Shown one piece after another: positions 1-9,418 of a DNA stretch of 56,677 nucleotides (positions are counted from its first letter, which is position 1; every line of letters starts with the position of its first letter). Made by a program: the position numbers and the translations under genes. The notes below the pieces were generated by a model. That model was not told the origin of the DNA. It worked only from the letters and a program-made list of their open reading frames with translations, and did not search any database. Where the stretch lies: assembly GCA_030536665.1 (NCBI GenBank), contig JAUNPO010000002.1:1-56677 (forward strand), in the 5' to 3' direction. Source of the stretch: Pseudomonadota bacterium (GTDB lineage Bacteria > Pseudomonadota > Alphaproteobacteria > RF32 > CAG-239).

Positions 1-401
1 CGGTTAAGGTTGACGCGAAGTGTTTTACTCAGGATGTCCGGCTGAAAACTTTGTCAGAAAAAGAGGCGGTTTATTATCTGGATGAAGATATTCGCAAAAA
101 ACGCAATTTGCAGGATGTTGACGTGCCGCAGCTGCTTGAGGTTATGACGGAAATCGGCGAGGCCAATCTGCTTAATGACGAGATGAACGAGCGTTTAGAG
201 AATCGGCAGAATGAAGAGAGCGCGGTTTTGGCGGAAACGGAAACTGCAGCGGAATCTGATTATGCCGAAGAGAATGAGGCGGCAGCAGACCGTACGGCCG
301 ACGGAGAACTTGAAACGGGCAAAAGCTGGTGGATGGAAGAGGATGCTTTCAGCCTGCGGGATGAGAAAGAAGAAAATTTGCCGGGAAAGCAGGAAAAATG
401 A
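1..401 (+). CDS. hypothetical protein, C-terminal fragment (gene begins upstream of the window); Glu/Asp-rich tail
   Basis: Frame 3 is open from nt 3 to the TGA at 399-401, so the TTG at 51 in the ORF track is probably internal. The stop overlaps the rarA ATG as ATGA (398-401), a typical operon junction. No recognisable domain in the roughly 130 visible residues. Confidence 0.5.
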   Translation, partial: VKVDAKCFTQDVRLKTLSEKEAVYYLDEDIRKKRNLQDVDVPQLLEVMTEIGEANLLNDEMNERLENRQNEESAVLAETETAAESDYAEENEAAADRTADGELETGKSWWMEEDAFSLRDEKEENLPGKQEK

Positions 402-1714
402 TGGAAGAAACTTTATTTTCAAGCAATGTGAAAAAACCTTTGGCAGACAGGCTGCGGCCGCGGTCTTTGGACGAAGTTGTCGGGCAGGATAATGTCATCG
501 GCGAGAATGCGCCTTTGGGGCGGATGCTGAAAGCAAAAAAGATTTCGTCCTTTATTTTGTGGGGGCCTCCGGGGTGCGGCAAGACGACAATTGCCCGCTT
601 GATTGCCGAGCATACGAATTTGTATTTTGAACAAATTTCGGCGGTTTTTTCCGGCGTGGCGGATTTGAAGCGGGTGTTCCAGTATGCGCAGGACCGCCGG
701 GCGACTCAGGGCAAGGGGACTTTGCTGTTTGTTGATGAAATTCATCGTTTTAACAAATCCCAGCAGGACGGTTTTTTGCCCTATGTGGAAGACGGAACGG
801 TTATTCTGGTCGGGGCGACGACGGAGAATCCGTCTTTTGAGCTGAATGCGGCTTTGCTTTCCCGGTGTCAGGTTTTTGTTTTGAATCGTCTGAATGAGCC
901 GGAATTTGAGGTTTTGCTGCAACGTGCAGAGAAGGAAACAGGCAGAAAGCTGCCGGTGGATGATGAAGCGCGGGAATTTTTGAAGACTATTGCCGACGGT
1001 GACGGGCGTTATATTTTGAATCTGGCGGAAAGCATCTGGAATTATGCGCAGCCGGGAGAGATTTTTGATAAGGAATCGATTGTTAAAATTATCCGTTCAC
1101 GGGCGCCGGTTTATGATAAGGGGCGGGACGGGCACTATAACCTGATTTCCGCGGTGCACAAATCTTTGCGCGGTTCTGATGTCGATGCGGCGTTATACTG
1201 GGTCGCGCGGATGATTGAGGGCGGAGAAGACCCGAAATATCTGTTGCGGCGGTTGACGCGTTTTGCGGTGGAGGATGTTTCCATGGCTGATCCGAATGCG
1301 GTTAATCAGGCAATTTCCTGCTGGGACACTTATGAACGTCTGGGTTCTCCGGAGGGAGATTTGGCGGTGTTTCAACTGGCGGCGTATCTGGCGACAGCGC
1401 CGAAGTCTGCCGGTGTGTACAAGGCGATGCACGCCGCCCGGGATGCTGCGCGGCGGACAGGCTCTCTTATGCCGCCGAAGAATATTCTGAATGCGCCGAC
1501 AAAGCTGATGAAACAGTTGGGATATAACGAGGGATATGAATATGACCCGGATTGTGAAGACGGTTTTTCAGGGGCGAATTATTTTCCGGACGGGATGAAG
1601 CGTATGAAGTTGTATTATCCGGTTGACCGCGGTTTTGAGCGGGAAGTCAAAAAGCGGATTGAGTATTTTGACAAGCTTCGGGCGGAAAAGCAGGCGCGGA
1701 AAAAGCAGGAATAA
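398..1714 (+). CDS. rarA: replication-associated recombination protein A (RarA/MgsA AAA+ ATPase)
   Basis: 438 aa. Walker A GPPGCGKTT, Walker B LLFVDEIHRFNK, ATTENPSFELNAALLSRC segment, and a C-terminal MgsA-type helical domain (HYNLISAVHKSLRGSD, ALYWVARM). Confidence 0.95.
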   Translation: MMEETLFSSNVKKPLADRLRPRSLDEVVGQDNVIGENAPLGRMLKAKKISSFILWGPPGCGKTTIARLIAEHTNLYFEQISAVFSGVADLKRVFQYAQDRRATQGKGTLLFVDEIHRFNKSQQDGFLPYVEDGTVILVGATTENPSFELNAALLSRCQVFVLNRLNEPEFEVLLQRAEKETGRKLPVDDEAREFLKTIADGDGRYILNLAESIWNYAQPGEIFDKESIVKIIRSRAPVYDKGRDGHYNLISAVHKSLRGSDVDAALYWVARMIEGGEDPKYLLRRLTRFAVEDVSMADPNAVNQAISCWDTYERLGSPEGDLAVFQLAAYLATAPKSAGVYKAMHAARDAARRTGSLMPPKNILNAPTKLMKQLGYNEGYEYDPDCEDGFSGANYFPDGMKRMKLYYPVDRGFEREVKKRIEYFDKLRAEKQARKKQE

Positions 1715-1721
1715 TCTTTTA

Positions 1722-1749
1722 TTGACATTTTTAGACAAAATTATATAAT
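1722..1749 (+). promoter_or_regulatory. near-consensus sigma70-type promoter (TTGACA-16 nt-TATAAT)
   Basis: TTGACA at 1722-1727, a 16-nt spacer, TATAAT at 1744-1749, about 34 nt upstream of the ATG at 1783. Confidence 0.6.
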
Positions 1750-1782
1750 CGGTTTAGTGTTATATTATTAAAAAATCGATTT

Positions 1783-2154
1783 ATGAAAATTATTAAATCT
1801 TTAGAAATTATTTTGTATGGTGCCAGCGATTATCTTACCCTTATAGAGAATAACGGAAAGATGTTTGCTGTTTGGTTTGACGCGGAATCCGGTGATGCTT
1901 TATGTATTTTTGAGGAGCAGGCGGATGAATTTGAAAAGCGGTTGAGAGAGATGGAAAAAGCCGGCATGAGAATCGGGGTTTGTATCATGTTTGATATGCC
2001 GCGGGTTGATGTTGAAAGGGTTTATGAAATCAGCAAACCGCCAGTTTTGGAGTCATTGGTTGTTTTGCCGAAGCAAACCGAAAAGAAGAGGCGGTATTAT
2101 GTGCCTAAGCAGATGGGCAAGAACAGGTTGAATGCCAAGCCGCGGCGAAGGTAA
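1783..2154 (+). CDS. hypothetical protein (123 aa, basic C-terminal tail)
   Basis: ATG ORF sitting between a consensus promoter and a hairpin terminator. No obvious Shine-Dalgarno sequence and no recognisable motif. Confidence 0.5.
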   Translation: MKIIKSLEIILYGASDYLTLIENNGKMFAVWFDAESGDALCIFEEQADEFEKRLREMEKAGMRIGVCIMFDMPRVDVERVYEISKPPVLESLVVLPKQTEKKRRYYVPKQMGKNRLNAKPRRR

Positions 2155-2160
2155 ATTTTT

Positions 2161-2194
2161 AAGCGCAAATCTCTTAGCGAGGCTGCGCTTTTTT
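2161..2194 (+). terminator. putative intrinsic terminator
   Basis: AAGCGCA (2161-2167) pairs with TGCGCTT (2184-2190), followed by a T-run. The 16-nt loop is large. Confidence 0.5.
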
Positions 2195-2260
2195 AGTGCT
2201 TGTAAAGTATGAAAATCTAAAGTAAAATCCGCAATGTAATTTTGACAGGAAGGGCAGGTT

Positions 2261-3193
2261 ATGGCTGGCGTTAAAATCGTGAAAATAAAGCAGGAAGATG
2301 ACGGAATGCGTCTGAACCGTTGGTTTTTGAAGTATTATCCGGGGCTGAGCCTGGGGCGTTTGAATAAGCTGCTGCGCACGAAACAGATAAAAGTCAACGG
2401 CGGCCGGGTTGAGGCGGCAACCAAACTGGAAGCCGGGCAGGAAATGCGGCTTCCGCCTTTGGACAATGAACAGCAGACGGAAGGCAAAAAAGATTTTGTG
2501 TCGGCGCGTGACACTGCATTTATGCAATCCTTGGTTATTTTTAAAGACAAGAATATTTTGGTTTTGAACAAGCCGTCCGGGCTGGCCGTTCAAGGCGGAA
2601 CAAATACGGACAGACATGTGGACGGTATGCTGGACGCTTTGAAATTTGAAGCAGAAGAAAAGCCGCGCCTGGTTCACCGTATTGACAAGAATACCAGCGG
2701 GCTGCTGGTTTTGGCGAGAAACCGCAAGTATGCGGAATTGCTGACGAAGGCTTTTCGTGAACATCAATTGCAGAAAACTTATCTGGCTTTTTGTATCGGC
2801 GTGCCCCGGCAGCATGAGGGCGAAATAAAAGGGCGTTTGCTCAAAGTCGGCGAGAAAAGCGTGATTGACAGGGACGGCAAGGAAGCCGTGACTCTTTACA
2901 AAGTTTTGGATACGGCGGGGAACAAATTTTCTCTGATTGCCGCCTCGCCGCTGACCGGCCGGACGCACCAAATCAGGGCGCATTTGGAATCCATCGGTTG
3001 TCCGATTGCCGGAGATGACAGGTATTATGGCGAAGCTCGTCAAAAATTCAGTATTTTTGCAGATAAACTTTATCTGCACGCATACAAAATTAACTTATCC
3101 GCGTTATATAATAAGAAGCTGGAAATTACGGCAGGGCTTCCCGATTATTTTAAGGAAAGCCTGAAAGCTGCCGGTATTATCTTTAAGGAGTAA
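2261..3193 (+). CDS. RluA-family 23S rRNA pseudouridine synthase (RluC/RluD-like) with N-terminal S4 domain
   Basis: S4-like N-terminus (RLNRWFLKYYPGLSLGRLNKLLRTKQIKVNG). Catalytic motif HRIDKNTSGLLVLA, then GRTHQIRAHL. Confidence 0.9.
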   Translation: MAGVKIVKIKQEDDGMRLNRWFLKYYPGLSLGRLNKLLRTKQIKVNGGRVEAATKLEAGQEMRLPPLDNEQQTEGKKDFVSARDTAFMQSLVIFKDKNILVLNKPSGLAVQGGTNTDRHVDGMLDALKFEAEEKPRLVHRIDKNTSGLLVLARNRKYAELLTKAFREHQLQKTYLAFCIGVPRQHEGEIKGRLLKVGEKSVIDRDGKEAVTLYKVLDTAGNKFSLIAASPLTGRTHQIRAHLESIGCPIAGDDRYYGEARQKFSIFADKLYLHAYKINLSALYNKKLEITAGLPDYFKESLKAAGIIFKE

Positions 3194-3197
3194 AAGC

Positions 3198-5405
3198 ATG
3201 AGATTTATAAAAGTTTTGATAAAAGTGATTATCGGACTGATTATTGTTGCCGCCATTGCCGGATATTTGTTCATCCGCAATTTTGATTTGAACAAATATA
3301 AGTCGGAGATTTCGACTCTGGCCGAAGAACAGCTGGGACGAAAACTGGCAATCAACGGCGAGGCAAAACTCGGTATTTCCTTTACTCCGACACTGATTAT
3401 CGAGGATGTTGAACTGGCAAATGCAGAAGGGGCTTCCCAGCCACAGATGGTTACCGTCGGAAGCCTGGAAGTGAAGCTGGCTTTGCTGCCTTTGTTGAAA
3501 CGTCAGGTAGTTATTGACAATGTTATTTTGCAGAATCCGGTTATTAATCTGGAAGTTGCCGCTGACGGGACGCCGAACTGGGTGTTCAAGAAAAGCGGCG
3601 GGCAGGTTTCTCCGCAGCAAATCGAGCTGATGAAAGACCAGGCGATTGCGACCGGTTTGGTTGATATGAAAACAGCGGACAAGGCTGCGGAAATTGTTCA
3701 GAAGAATCCGGTAGCCGCGGCATTGGCCGGTTTTGCCGCCAAGAAGGTTTTGATTGAGAACGGTCAGTTTAATATGGTGAATTATCAAAACGGTTCGGCA
3801 TTTAATGTGGAGCTGGTTCGTTTTGCCATGACGGCGCCGAGTATGGATGCTGCCATTCAGACGGAATTTGAGGTTTTGTTTAACGACCAGAACATTAAGG
3901 GCAAGGCGACATTGGGCGCTTTAAATATCCTTCTGGCCGGGACGGACGCTTATCCGGTGGAGGCTGATCTCAGCGCTTACGGCGTCAGTTTGAACGCAGC
4001 TGTCAATCTGCATGATGTTTTGACGAAGCCATCCTTTGCGGCTAATGTTAACCTGCATAATCCGCAGGGCAATTTCGGTGCGCCGGACGTAAAGCTGCTG
4101 GCTGAGGTCAGCGGCAATCAGCAGGCCGTTTCCGCCAATATTCAAAGCCTGAATGTTAACGGAAATATTATCAGCGGCGAAGTCAGCGCCAATATTTCGG
4201 AAGTTACGCCGTATGTTGTAGCAAATTTGAACAGCGATTTAATCAATCTTGCTTCTCTTGCGCCGGCTCAGACAACGGCTTGGCAGATGCCGTCTTTGAT
4301 TGCTTCCGCCGAGGCCAGCCAGTTTGTGCCGGACACGGCGATTCCCTTCTCTTTGATGAAGCAGCTTAATGCCAAAGCCGCACTGAATATTAAGACTTTG
4401 CAGGTCAGCCCGGATATGGTTTTGAACAATGTTTCAATGAATGCGGTTTTGCTTAACGGGATTTTGAATGTTAATTCCCTGAAAGCTGATTTAGGCGGCG
4501 GGACGCTTAATGCTGTTATTACGGCTAATTCTTCATTGAAGAATATTACTGTTACGGCCGTCAGCAAAGGCGTTGTTTTGCAGCAGTTATACAGCAAGTT
4601 GCAGAGTACGCCGAACAGCAACGCTTTCGGAATTGTCGAAGGGGGTAATACGGATTTGAACATTAATCTGTCCGGCAGCGGCGACACATATCGCCAGCTG
4701 GTCGACTCTATGAACGGCAGTGCCGTGGTTATTGTTGACAAGTCTGTTGTTCATCCGGGGTCGCTGGATATTCTGACCGGTAATTTTATCATGCAGATTT
4801 TGCATACTTTAAAGCTGGATACAGCCAAGGTGCAGAATTTGGATTTGACCTGCGCGGTTGTTCGGGCGGATGTTACGAACGGCGTTGTTAATTTTCCGAA
4901 AGGAATCGCCATTAATTCAAAGCAGCTTAATCTGGTCAGCAGCGGTAAATATAATCTGAACAATGACGGAATTGATTTTACGGTCAGACCTTATTCGGGG
5001 CAGATTATTGATGCAAATCTGGCGCAGGCTCTGAGCTCGTTTATTAAAATCAAAGGGACGGCGCAGGATCCGAAGATTGTTTTGGATGACGCGCAGGCTT
5101 TGAAGGCTTTGGTCGGCATTGCCGCGACGGGCGGAACGGCTTATCTCGGATCGCAGCTGGTTCTTGATGCCGACAGTACGCCTTGTTATACGGCTTTGAA
5201 AGGAACCCAGTATCAATCCCGTTTCCCGGGGCCGGGCGTTGTGACGAAGACCGGACAGGATATTTATCAGGGGACGGACGATGCGGTCAAGGGGAGTGTC
5301 GATGCCGTGAAATCGACGGTCAAAGACTCTTCAAAAGAGGTTAAAAAATCTCTGAAAGATTTGGAGAGCGCGGCTAAAGGCTTTTTGAAATCTTTGCAGC
5401 AGTGA
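3198..5405 (+). CDS. AsmA-family outer-membrane biogenesis protein
   Basis: 735 aa. N-terminal membrane anchor (VIIGLIIVAAIAGYLFI), then a long Asn/Val/Leu-rich beta-type repeat region typical of AsmA/TamB-like proteins. The Shine-Dalgarno AGGAG overlaps the end of the preceding gene. Confidence 0.8.
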   Translation: MRFIKVLIKVIIGLIIVAAIAGYLFIRNFDLNKYKSEISTLAEEQLGRKLAINGEAKLGISFTPTLIIEDVELANAEGASQPQMVTVGSLEVKLALLPLLKRQVVIDNVILQNPVINLEVAADGTPNWVFKKSGGQVSPQQIELMKDQAIATGLVDMKTADKAAEIVQKNPVAAALAGFAAKKVLIENGQFNMVNYQNGSAFNVELVRFAMTAPSMDAAIQTEFEVLFNDQNIKGKATLGALNILLAGTDAYPVEADLSAYGVSLNAAVNLHDVLTKPSFAANVNLHNPQGNFGAPDVKLLAEVSGNQQAVSANIQSLNVNGNIISGEVSANISEVTPYVVANLNSDLINLASLAPAQTTAWQMPSLIASAEASQFVPDTAIPFSLMKQLNAKAALNIKTLQVSPDMVLNNVSMNAVLLNGILNVNSLKADLGGGTLNAVITANSSLKNITVTAVSKGVVLQQLYSKLQSTPNSNAFGIVEGGNTDLNINLSGSGDTYRQLVDSMNGSAVVIVDKSVVHPGSLDILTGNFIMQILHTLKLDTAKVQNLDLTCAVVRADVTNGVVNFPKGIAINSKQLNLVSSGKYNLNNDGIDFTVRPYSGQIIDANLAQALSSFIKIKGTAQDPKIVLDDAQALKALVGIAATGGTAYLGSQLVLDADSTPCYTALKGTQYQSRFPGPGVVTKTGQDIYQGTDDAVKGSVDAVKSTVKDSSKEVKKSLKDLESAAKGFLKSLQQ

Positions 5406-5412
5406 GGTGTTT

Positions 5413-5913
5413 ATGAGCGATAAGTTTACTGAGGCGCAGAGAGAGATTTCCGCAAACCGCAAGGAAATTATTGAAAAGCTGGTTCGTTTTGCTTTGACGG
5501 ATGCCTTGCTCTTCTGGTCGCATAACGATGAATTGTCGCAGCGCCAGGAAAAATTGTGGACGCCGGTGATTATTTGGGCGCGGAAGCTGTTGCATACGGA
5601 AATTGTAACGACAGACGGTCTTGACGTTCCAAAGGAAAATGAAAAAATTGTCGATGAACTGAAGGTTTTTCTGGAGAAATTGTCCGACAAGAAGCTGACT
5701 GCGTTGTATCTGGCGGCATTGGACATGCGTTCGGTTATTTTGGCGATGGCCTTGGTGCAAGGGCGTCTGGATGCCGAGGAAGCTTACAAGGCTGCCTGGC
5801 TTGAGGAGTTGTGGCAGGCCGAAAAATGGGGAATTGACCCGGAAGCCGAAAGCAAACGTCTGGAACAGAAAAAGGAACTTCAGGAGATTGAGGCCTTTTT
5901 AAAACGGGACTGA
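5413..5913 (+). CDS. ATP12-family F1-ATPase assembly chaperone, short form (C-terminal helical part only)
   Basis: 166 aa from the ATG at 5413 (Shine-Dalgarno GAGGTG). ATP12-like C-terminal signature AAWLEELWQAEKWGIDPEA. The expected N-terminal beta-domain is absent. Confidence 0.65.
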   Translation: MSDKFTEAQREISANRKEIIEKLVRFALTDALLFWSHNDELSQRQEKLWTPVIIWARKLLHTEIVTTDGLDVPKENEKIVDELKVFLEKLSDKKLTALYLAALDMRSVILAMALVQGRLDAEEAYKAAWLEELWQAEKWGIDPEAESKRLEQKKELQEIEAFLKRD

Positions 5914-5916
5914 TTT

Positions 5917-6207
5917 ATGAATAAAGAGGTCTATATTAAAATCCGCGGCCGGGTTCAGGGTATTGGCTTTCGCTGGTGGGCTGTGAAAAAAGCCCGGGAG
6001 ATCGGCGGCATTTCCGGCTGGGTCAGGAATGTGGAAGACGGCAGCGTGGAAATTATGATGTCGGCGGAAGAGGACAGGCTTGACGAAATGTTGCTTGCCT
6101 GTCACAAAGGCCCGCCGTTATCCCGTGTCGACAGCGTGGATTTTGTCGTCGGGCGGTGGAGCAGTTTTTTGCCGCCGATTGAGCCCGGTATTTTTAAAAG
6201 GGCATGA
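5917..6207 (+). CDS. acyP: acylphosphatase
   Basis: 96 aa. VYIKIRGRVQGIGFRWW...GWVRNVEDGSVEI matches the acylphosphatase signature (V.G.VQGVGFR ... G.V.N..DG.V). Confidence 0.9.
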   Translation: MNKEVYIKIRGRVQGIGFRWWAVKKAREIGGISGWVRNVEDGSVEIMMSAEEDRLDEMLLACHKGPPLSRVDSVDFVVGRWSSFLPPIEPGIFKRA

Positions 6208-6272
6208 GTCGGGCTTGATATTTTGTTAAAAAGGCATATCTAAAAGCTGTAAGAGGCATAAGGATATAATCA

Positions 6273-6938
6273 ATGATAAGGGCGGTTCCCAAAAATATTG
6301 TACAGGCTTATCGGCTGGCAACTGAAGAGATTGACGATTCCGACGATCTGGAGCAGAAAATTGACGCGGCTTCCAAAGTAATTGACTTTTGTGCGGAAAC
6401 GGATTCCTGCCGGCTTGACGACAGTATTAAGAAAAATCAGATTATGTATTGGTCATATATCAACCGGGCAAGGGCTTATCTGGATAAAAACGACGAAGAG
6501 TCCGATTATGAATATTTCCGCAAGAATTATATCCGAGCCCTGAAAAATTATAATGAAGCGCTGGCTTTTGCCGTCAATGAAAATGATGTTCGGGACGTTT
6601 TGAGAAATATGGCCGCTCTTTGCCGCAAACTTGGAGATGAAGAAAGTTATATTCAGCTCAAGCTGGAGGAAATTGACGGTTTGCCGGACAGCGAGAAATT
6701 TCAGGAATATTGTTCTCTGGTAAATGAACTGTCAGGAAATGCCGATAAAATCAATATTCTGGAAAAGGCTTTGTTTGCGGTGACGGATGAGGATGTTTCC
6801 TTTGTAACGAAGTGCCGGAATACTATAGAAGTGTGCCGTTATTTGGAAAAGAGCTATTTGCGCGGCGGTGATGAGGCGAATGCGGCGCGGGTGGCGAATT
6901 TGCGCCGGAATGCCGAGGAACTGTTGTCACGCGGCTAA
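6273..6938 (+). CDS. hypothetical protein (221 aa, all-helical, acidic, TPR-like by eye)
   Basis: ATG with AAGGA about 10 nt upstream. No recognisable motif. Confidence 0.55.
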   Translation: MIRAVPKNIVQAYRLATEEIDDSDDLEQKIDAASKVIDFCAETDSCRLDDSIKKNQIMYWSYINRARAYLDKNDEESDYEYFRKNYIRALKNYNEALAFAVNENDVRDVLRNMAALCRKLGDEESYIQLKLEEIDGLPDSEKFQEYCSLVNELSGNADKINILEKALFAVTDEDVSFVTKCRNTIEVCRYLEKSYLRGGDEANAARVANLRRNAEELLSRG

Positions 6939-6950
6939 TCTGCTGTACGG

Positions 6951-6996
6951 AAAAAAAAGAAAAACCGGGGTTGCTGCGGCACCTCGGTTTTCTTAA
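6951..6996. terminator. bidirectional intrinsic terminator between convergent genes
   Basis: A-run, then stem AAACCGGGG (6962-6970) pairing with CCTCGGTTT (6982-6990), then a T-run. Confidence 0.6.
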
Positions 6997-7602
6997 TTAA
7001 TAATTTTTAAGAGAGAGTTCATTTTGAAATTCTTTAAGATGTTCCTGTATCAGTTCAGTGTATTTTTCTTCTTCTAAAATATGGCAGTTCAGAAGAATTA
7101 TGCCTTCAAACAGGTACCTTAGGGAATTTAGCTCCTCTTGATTTATTGTTTTTAAATTTGAGATAATGAAATTTGTGTAGTCATATACCAATTCTTCATT
7201 ATCATCCCGTTCCCATAATTCCTGTTCGGTTATATCTGTTTTTTCATGAAGTTTGAGTTCATGGAGCAGATACTTTTGAACGGTTGGGTTAAGCGGGTAG
7301 TTTTCAGCAATGTAATGAACATGAAATAATGAGAAATCTTTCCATTCTGTCAACAGGCTTTCGTTTTTGCAAAACAGTTTGAGGCTGTTGATGAGCGGAT
7401 TGGATCCCGGTGCGTCATATTCACTGTCATCGCTGGCGTTGCGTACGGCCAACATTTTGAAAATCAGGTTGCTGACAAGCAAGTCCAGCAAAATGTCGGT
7501 ATAAGAGAGATTGTTGCTTCTCTCTTCATAAATTTTGATTTCTTCCTCATCCGGCATTATTGTTGAAATAATGTCACAGATGTCTTCAAGTATTGTTTTC
7601 AT
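6997..7602 (-). CDS. hypothetical protein (201 aa, acidic, helical)
   Basis: ATG ORF in DNA that looks AT-rich by eye. No Shine-Dalgarno sequence and no motif. Confidence 0.5.
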   Translation of the reverse strand: MKTILEDICDIISTIMPDEEEIKIYEERSNNLSYTDILLDLLVSNLIFKMLAVRNASDDSEYDAPGSNPLINSLKLFCKNESLLTEWKDFSLFHVHYIAENYPLNPTVQKYLLHELKLHEKTDITEQELWERDDNEELVYDYTNFIISNLKTINQEELNSLRYLFEGIILLNCHILEEEKYTELIQEHLKEFQNELSLKNY

Positions 7603-7734
7603 AATATCTTATAATTATAGTTTTCCAGTCGTGAATATACACTATGGACAAAATTTGTCAATAGAAAAAGGCAGCTTGATTAAAAAAAATTCAATGCTAT
7701 ATTAGAGATAGTTTTTATTATTAAATTATGTATT

Positions 7735-8010
7735 ATGAGATTTAAAGTTAAAATTGCGGCATGGCTGTTTTATCTGACGGTTCTGCTGATGTTGTTGCGA
7801 CTTTTGGCAGGCGAAAAATATCTTTTGGCTGTGGGTATAGTGTTTTGCGCGTGTTTGTTTACCCTTTTATTGCGAGAGTATAAAAAACACCGGTATACAT
7901 TCTACAGTGGGTTGGGGCGTATAGATAATTTTAAGGCAGAAGATTATTATGCGCGCAAACATTGGAAAAAATATTGGCAATGCCTTTGCAGAATTTTTAA
8001 GCCTGATTGA
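7735..8010 (+). CDS. hypothetical small membrane protein (91 aa, two hydrophobic helices)
   Basis: ATG ORF with two hydrophobic stretches. No clear Shine-Dalgarno sequence. It ends 2 nt from the stop of the convergent U32 gene. Confidence 0.4.
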   Translation: MRFKVKIAAWLFYLTVLLMLLRLLAGEKYLLAVGIVFCACLFTLLLREYKKHRYTFYSGLGRIDNFKAEDYYARKHWKKYWQCLCRIFKPD

Positions 8011-8012
8011 TA

Positions 8013-9416
8013 TCAGGCTTTTTTGTTTGTCAGCATATCAAACTCTTCTTTTTTACGGTTGAGCATGGTTTGATTTTCTTCCGTAAGCAGGGCAGGTTTG
8101 CGGGCAATGACGTATTGCGGCAGAAGTTTTTTGATTTCGCTGATGTCTTTGTTCCAGGCCTGAGGGCGGATGCGGATTTTTTTGCCTTGGCCGGCGGAAA
8201 CTTTCGGCGTAATCTCGCCGGTTTCGGCGTCTTCAAATTCCGGCAGGGTCAGGCGCAGGTTGTCCAAAGTGCCGGGAATGAGAAATTCAATAAATTCGCC
8301 GCTGTTGATATAGTTGCGGATTTCAAAGATGGCGTCATCGTTTTGCCATTCGACAATGGAACCGGCAAAGAGCCAGTCGCCGAGTGTCCGGGTATATTCA
8401 TAGTTTTGGCTGATATTGGTGAGTTTTCCGTCATGGAAGCCCAGACAGTAGCCGCGATTTTGCAGGGTGTTGAGGTCGTCCATGTATTTTGTATAATCCC
8501 AGCTGTCGGGGGCGTTATACCAGTCATCAATCGCCTGACGGTAGGTGCGGGCAACAATACCGGCGTAATATTCGGTTTTATTGCGGCCTTCGACCTTCAG
8601 GGAATCCATGCCGATACTCAGCAAATCCGGCAGGCGGGGCATGAGGCACATGTCTTTTGAGTTGAGCATATAACCGCCGTGGTCGTCTTCAACAACTTCG
8701 TAATACTCACCCGGACGGAACTCTTCTTCAAGGAGAAATTCAAAGGAATCCTTGTTGTTTTCATCAATAACCAGCTCTTTTATCGTGCCGTCTTTCAGGC
8801 GCAGGTGGAGTTTATAATGCCAGCGGCAGCAGTGGGCGCATTTGCCCTGATTGGCGCTGCGGTCCGCCAGATAGTTTGAAATCAGGCAGCGGCCGGAATA
8901 TGACATGCACATGGCGCCGTGCATGAAACATTCAAGCAGGATGTCCGGGCATTTTTCGCGAATTTCCTTCATTTCGGCATAGGTTACTTCCCGGCCGAGA
9001 ACGCAGAGTTTTGCTCCCTGATTTTGCCAGAATCTGACGGCAGGCCAGGAACAGATATTTGCCTGTGTGGAAACGAAGAGGTTCAAATCCGGGGCATTGT
9101 CCTTGACAAACTGAAAAACGCCGGGGTCGGCAATGAGTACGCCGTCCGGTTTTAAGTGGCTGAGCGTTTCGACAAAGACCGGCAATTTTTCAACATCGCG
9201 GTTGTGCATGAACAGATTCAGAGTCAGGTAGATTTTTTTGCCTTTGCTATGGACGAACTCTATGCCTTCTTTCAGTTCTTCAAGAGAAAATTTTGACTGG
9301 GAACGCAGGCACAGATCCGGTGTTCCGGCATAAACGGCATCAGCGCCGTAGAGGATGGCGGTTTTTAGTTTTGTCAGTGAACCGGCGGGCAATAAAAGTT
9401 CTGCTTTGTCTAACAT
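8013..9416 (-). CDS. peptidase U32 family protein (YegQ/TrhP-like)
   Basis: 467 aa. N-terminus ELLLPAGSLTKLKTAILYGADAVY, a Cys-rich core (CMSYSGRCLISNY, GKCAHCCRW) and a C-terminal beta domain, as in long U32 proteins. Confidence 0.85.
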   Translation of the reverse strand: MLDKAELLLPAGSLTKLKTAILYGADAVYAGTPDLCLRSQSKFSLEELKEGIEFVHSKGKKIYLTLNLFMHNRDVEKLPVFVETLSHLKPDGVLIADPGVFQFVKDNAPDLNLFVSTQANICSWPAVRFWQNQGAKLCVLGREVTYAEMKEIREKCPDILLECFMHGAMCMSYSGRCLISNYLADRSANQGKCAHCCRWHYKLHLRLKDGTIKELVIDENNKDSFEFLLEEEFRPGEYYEVVEDDHGGYMLNSKDMCLMPRLPDLLSIGMDSLKVEGRNKTEYYAGIVARTYRQAIDDWYNAPDSWDYTKYMDDLNTLQNRGYCLGFHDGKLTNISQNYEYTRTLGDWLFAGSIVEWQNDDAIFEIRNYINSGEFIEFLIPGTLDNLRLTLPEFEDAETGEITPKVSAGQGKKIRIRPQAWNKDISEIKKLLPQYVIARKPALLTEENQTMLNRKKEEFDMLTNKKA

Positions 9417-9418
9417 TT

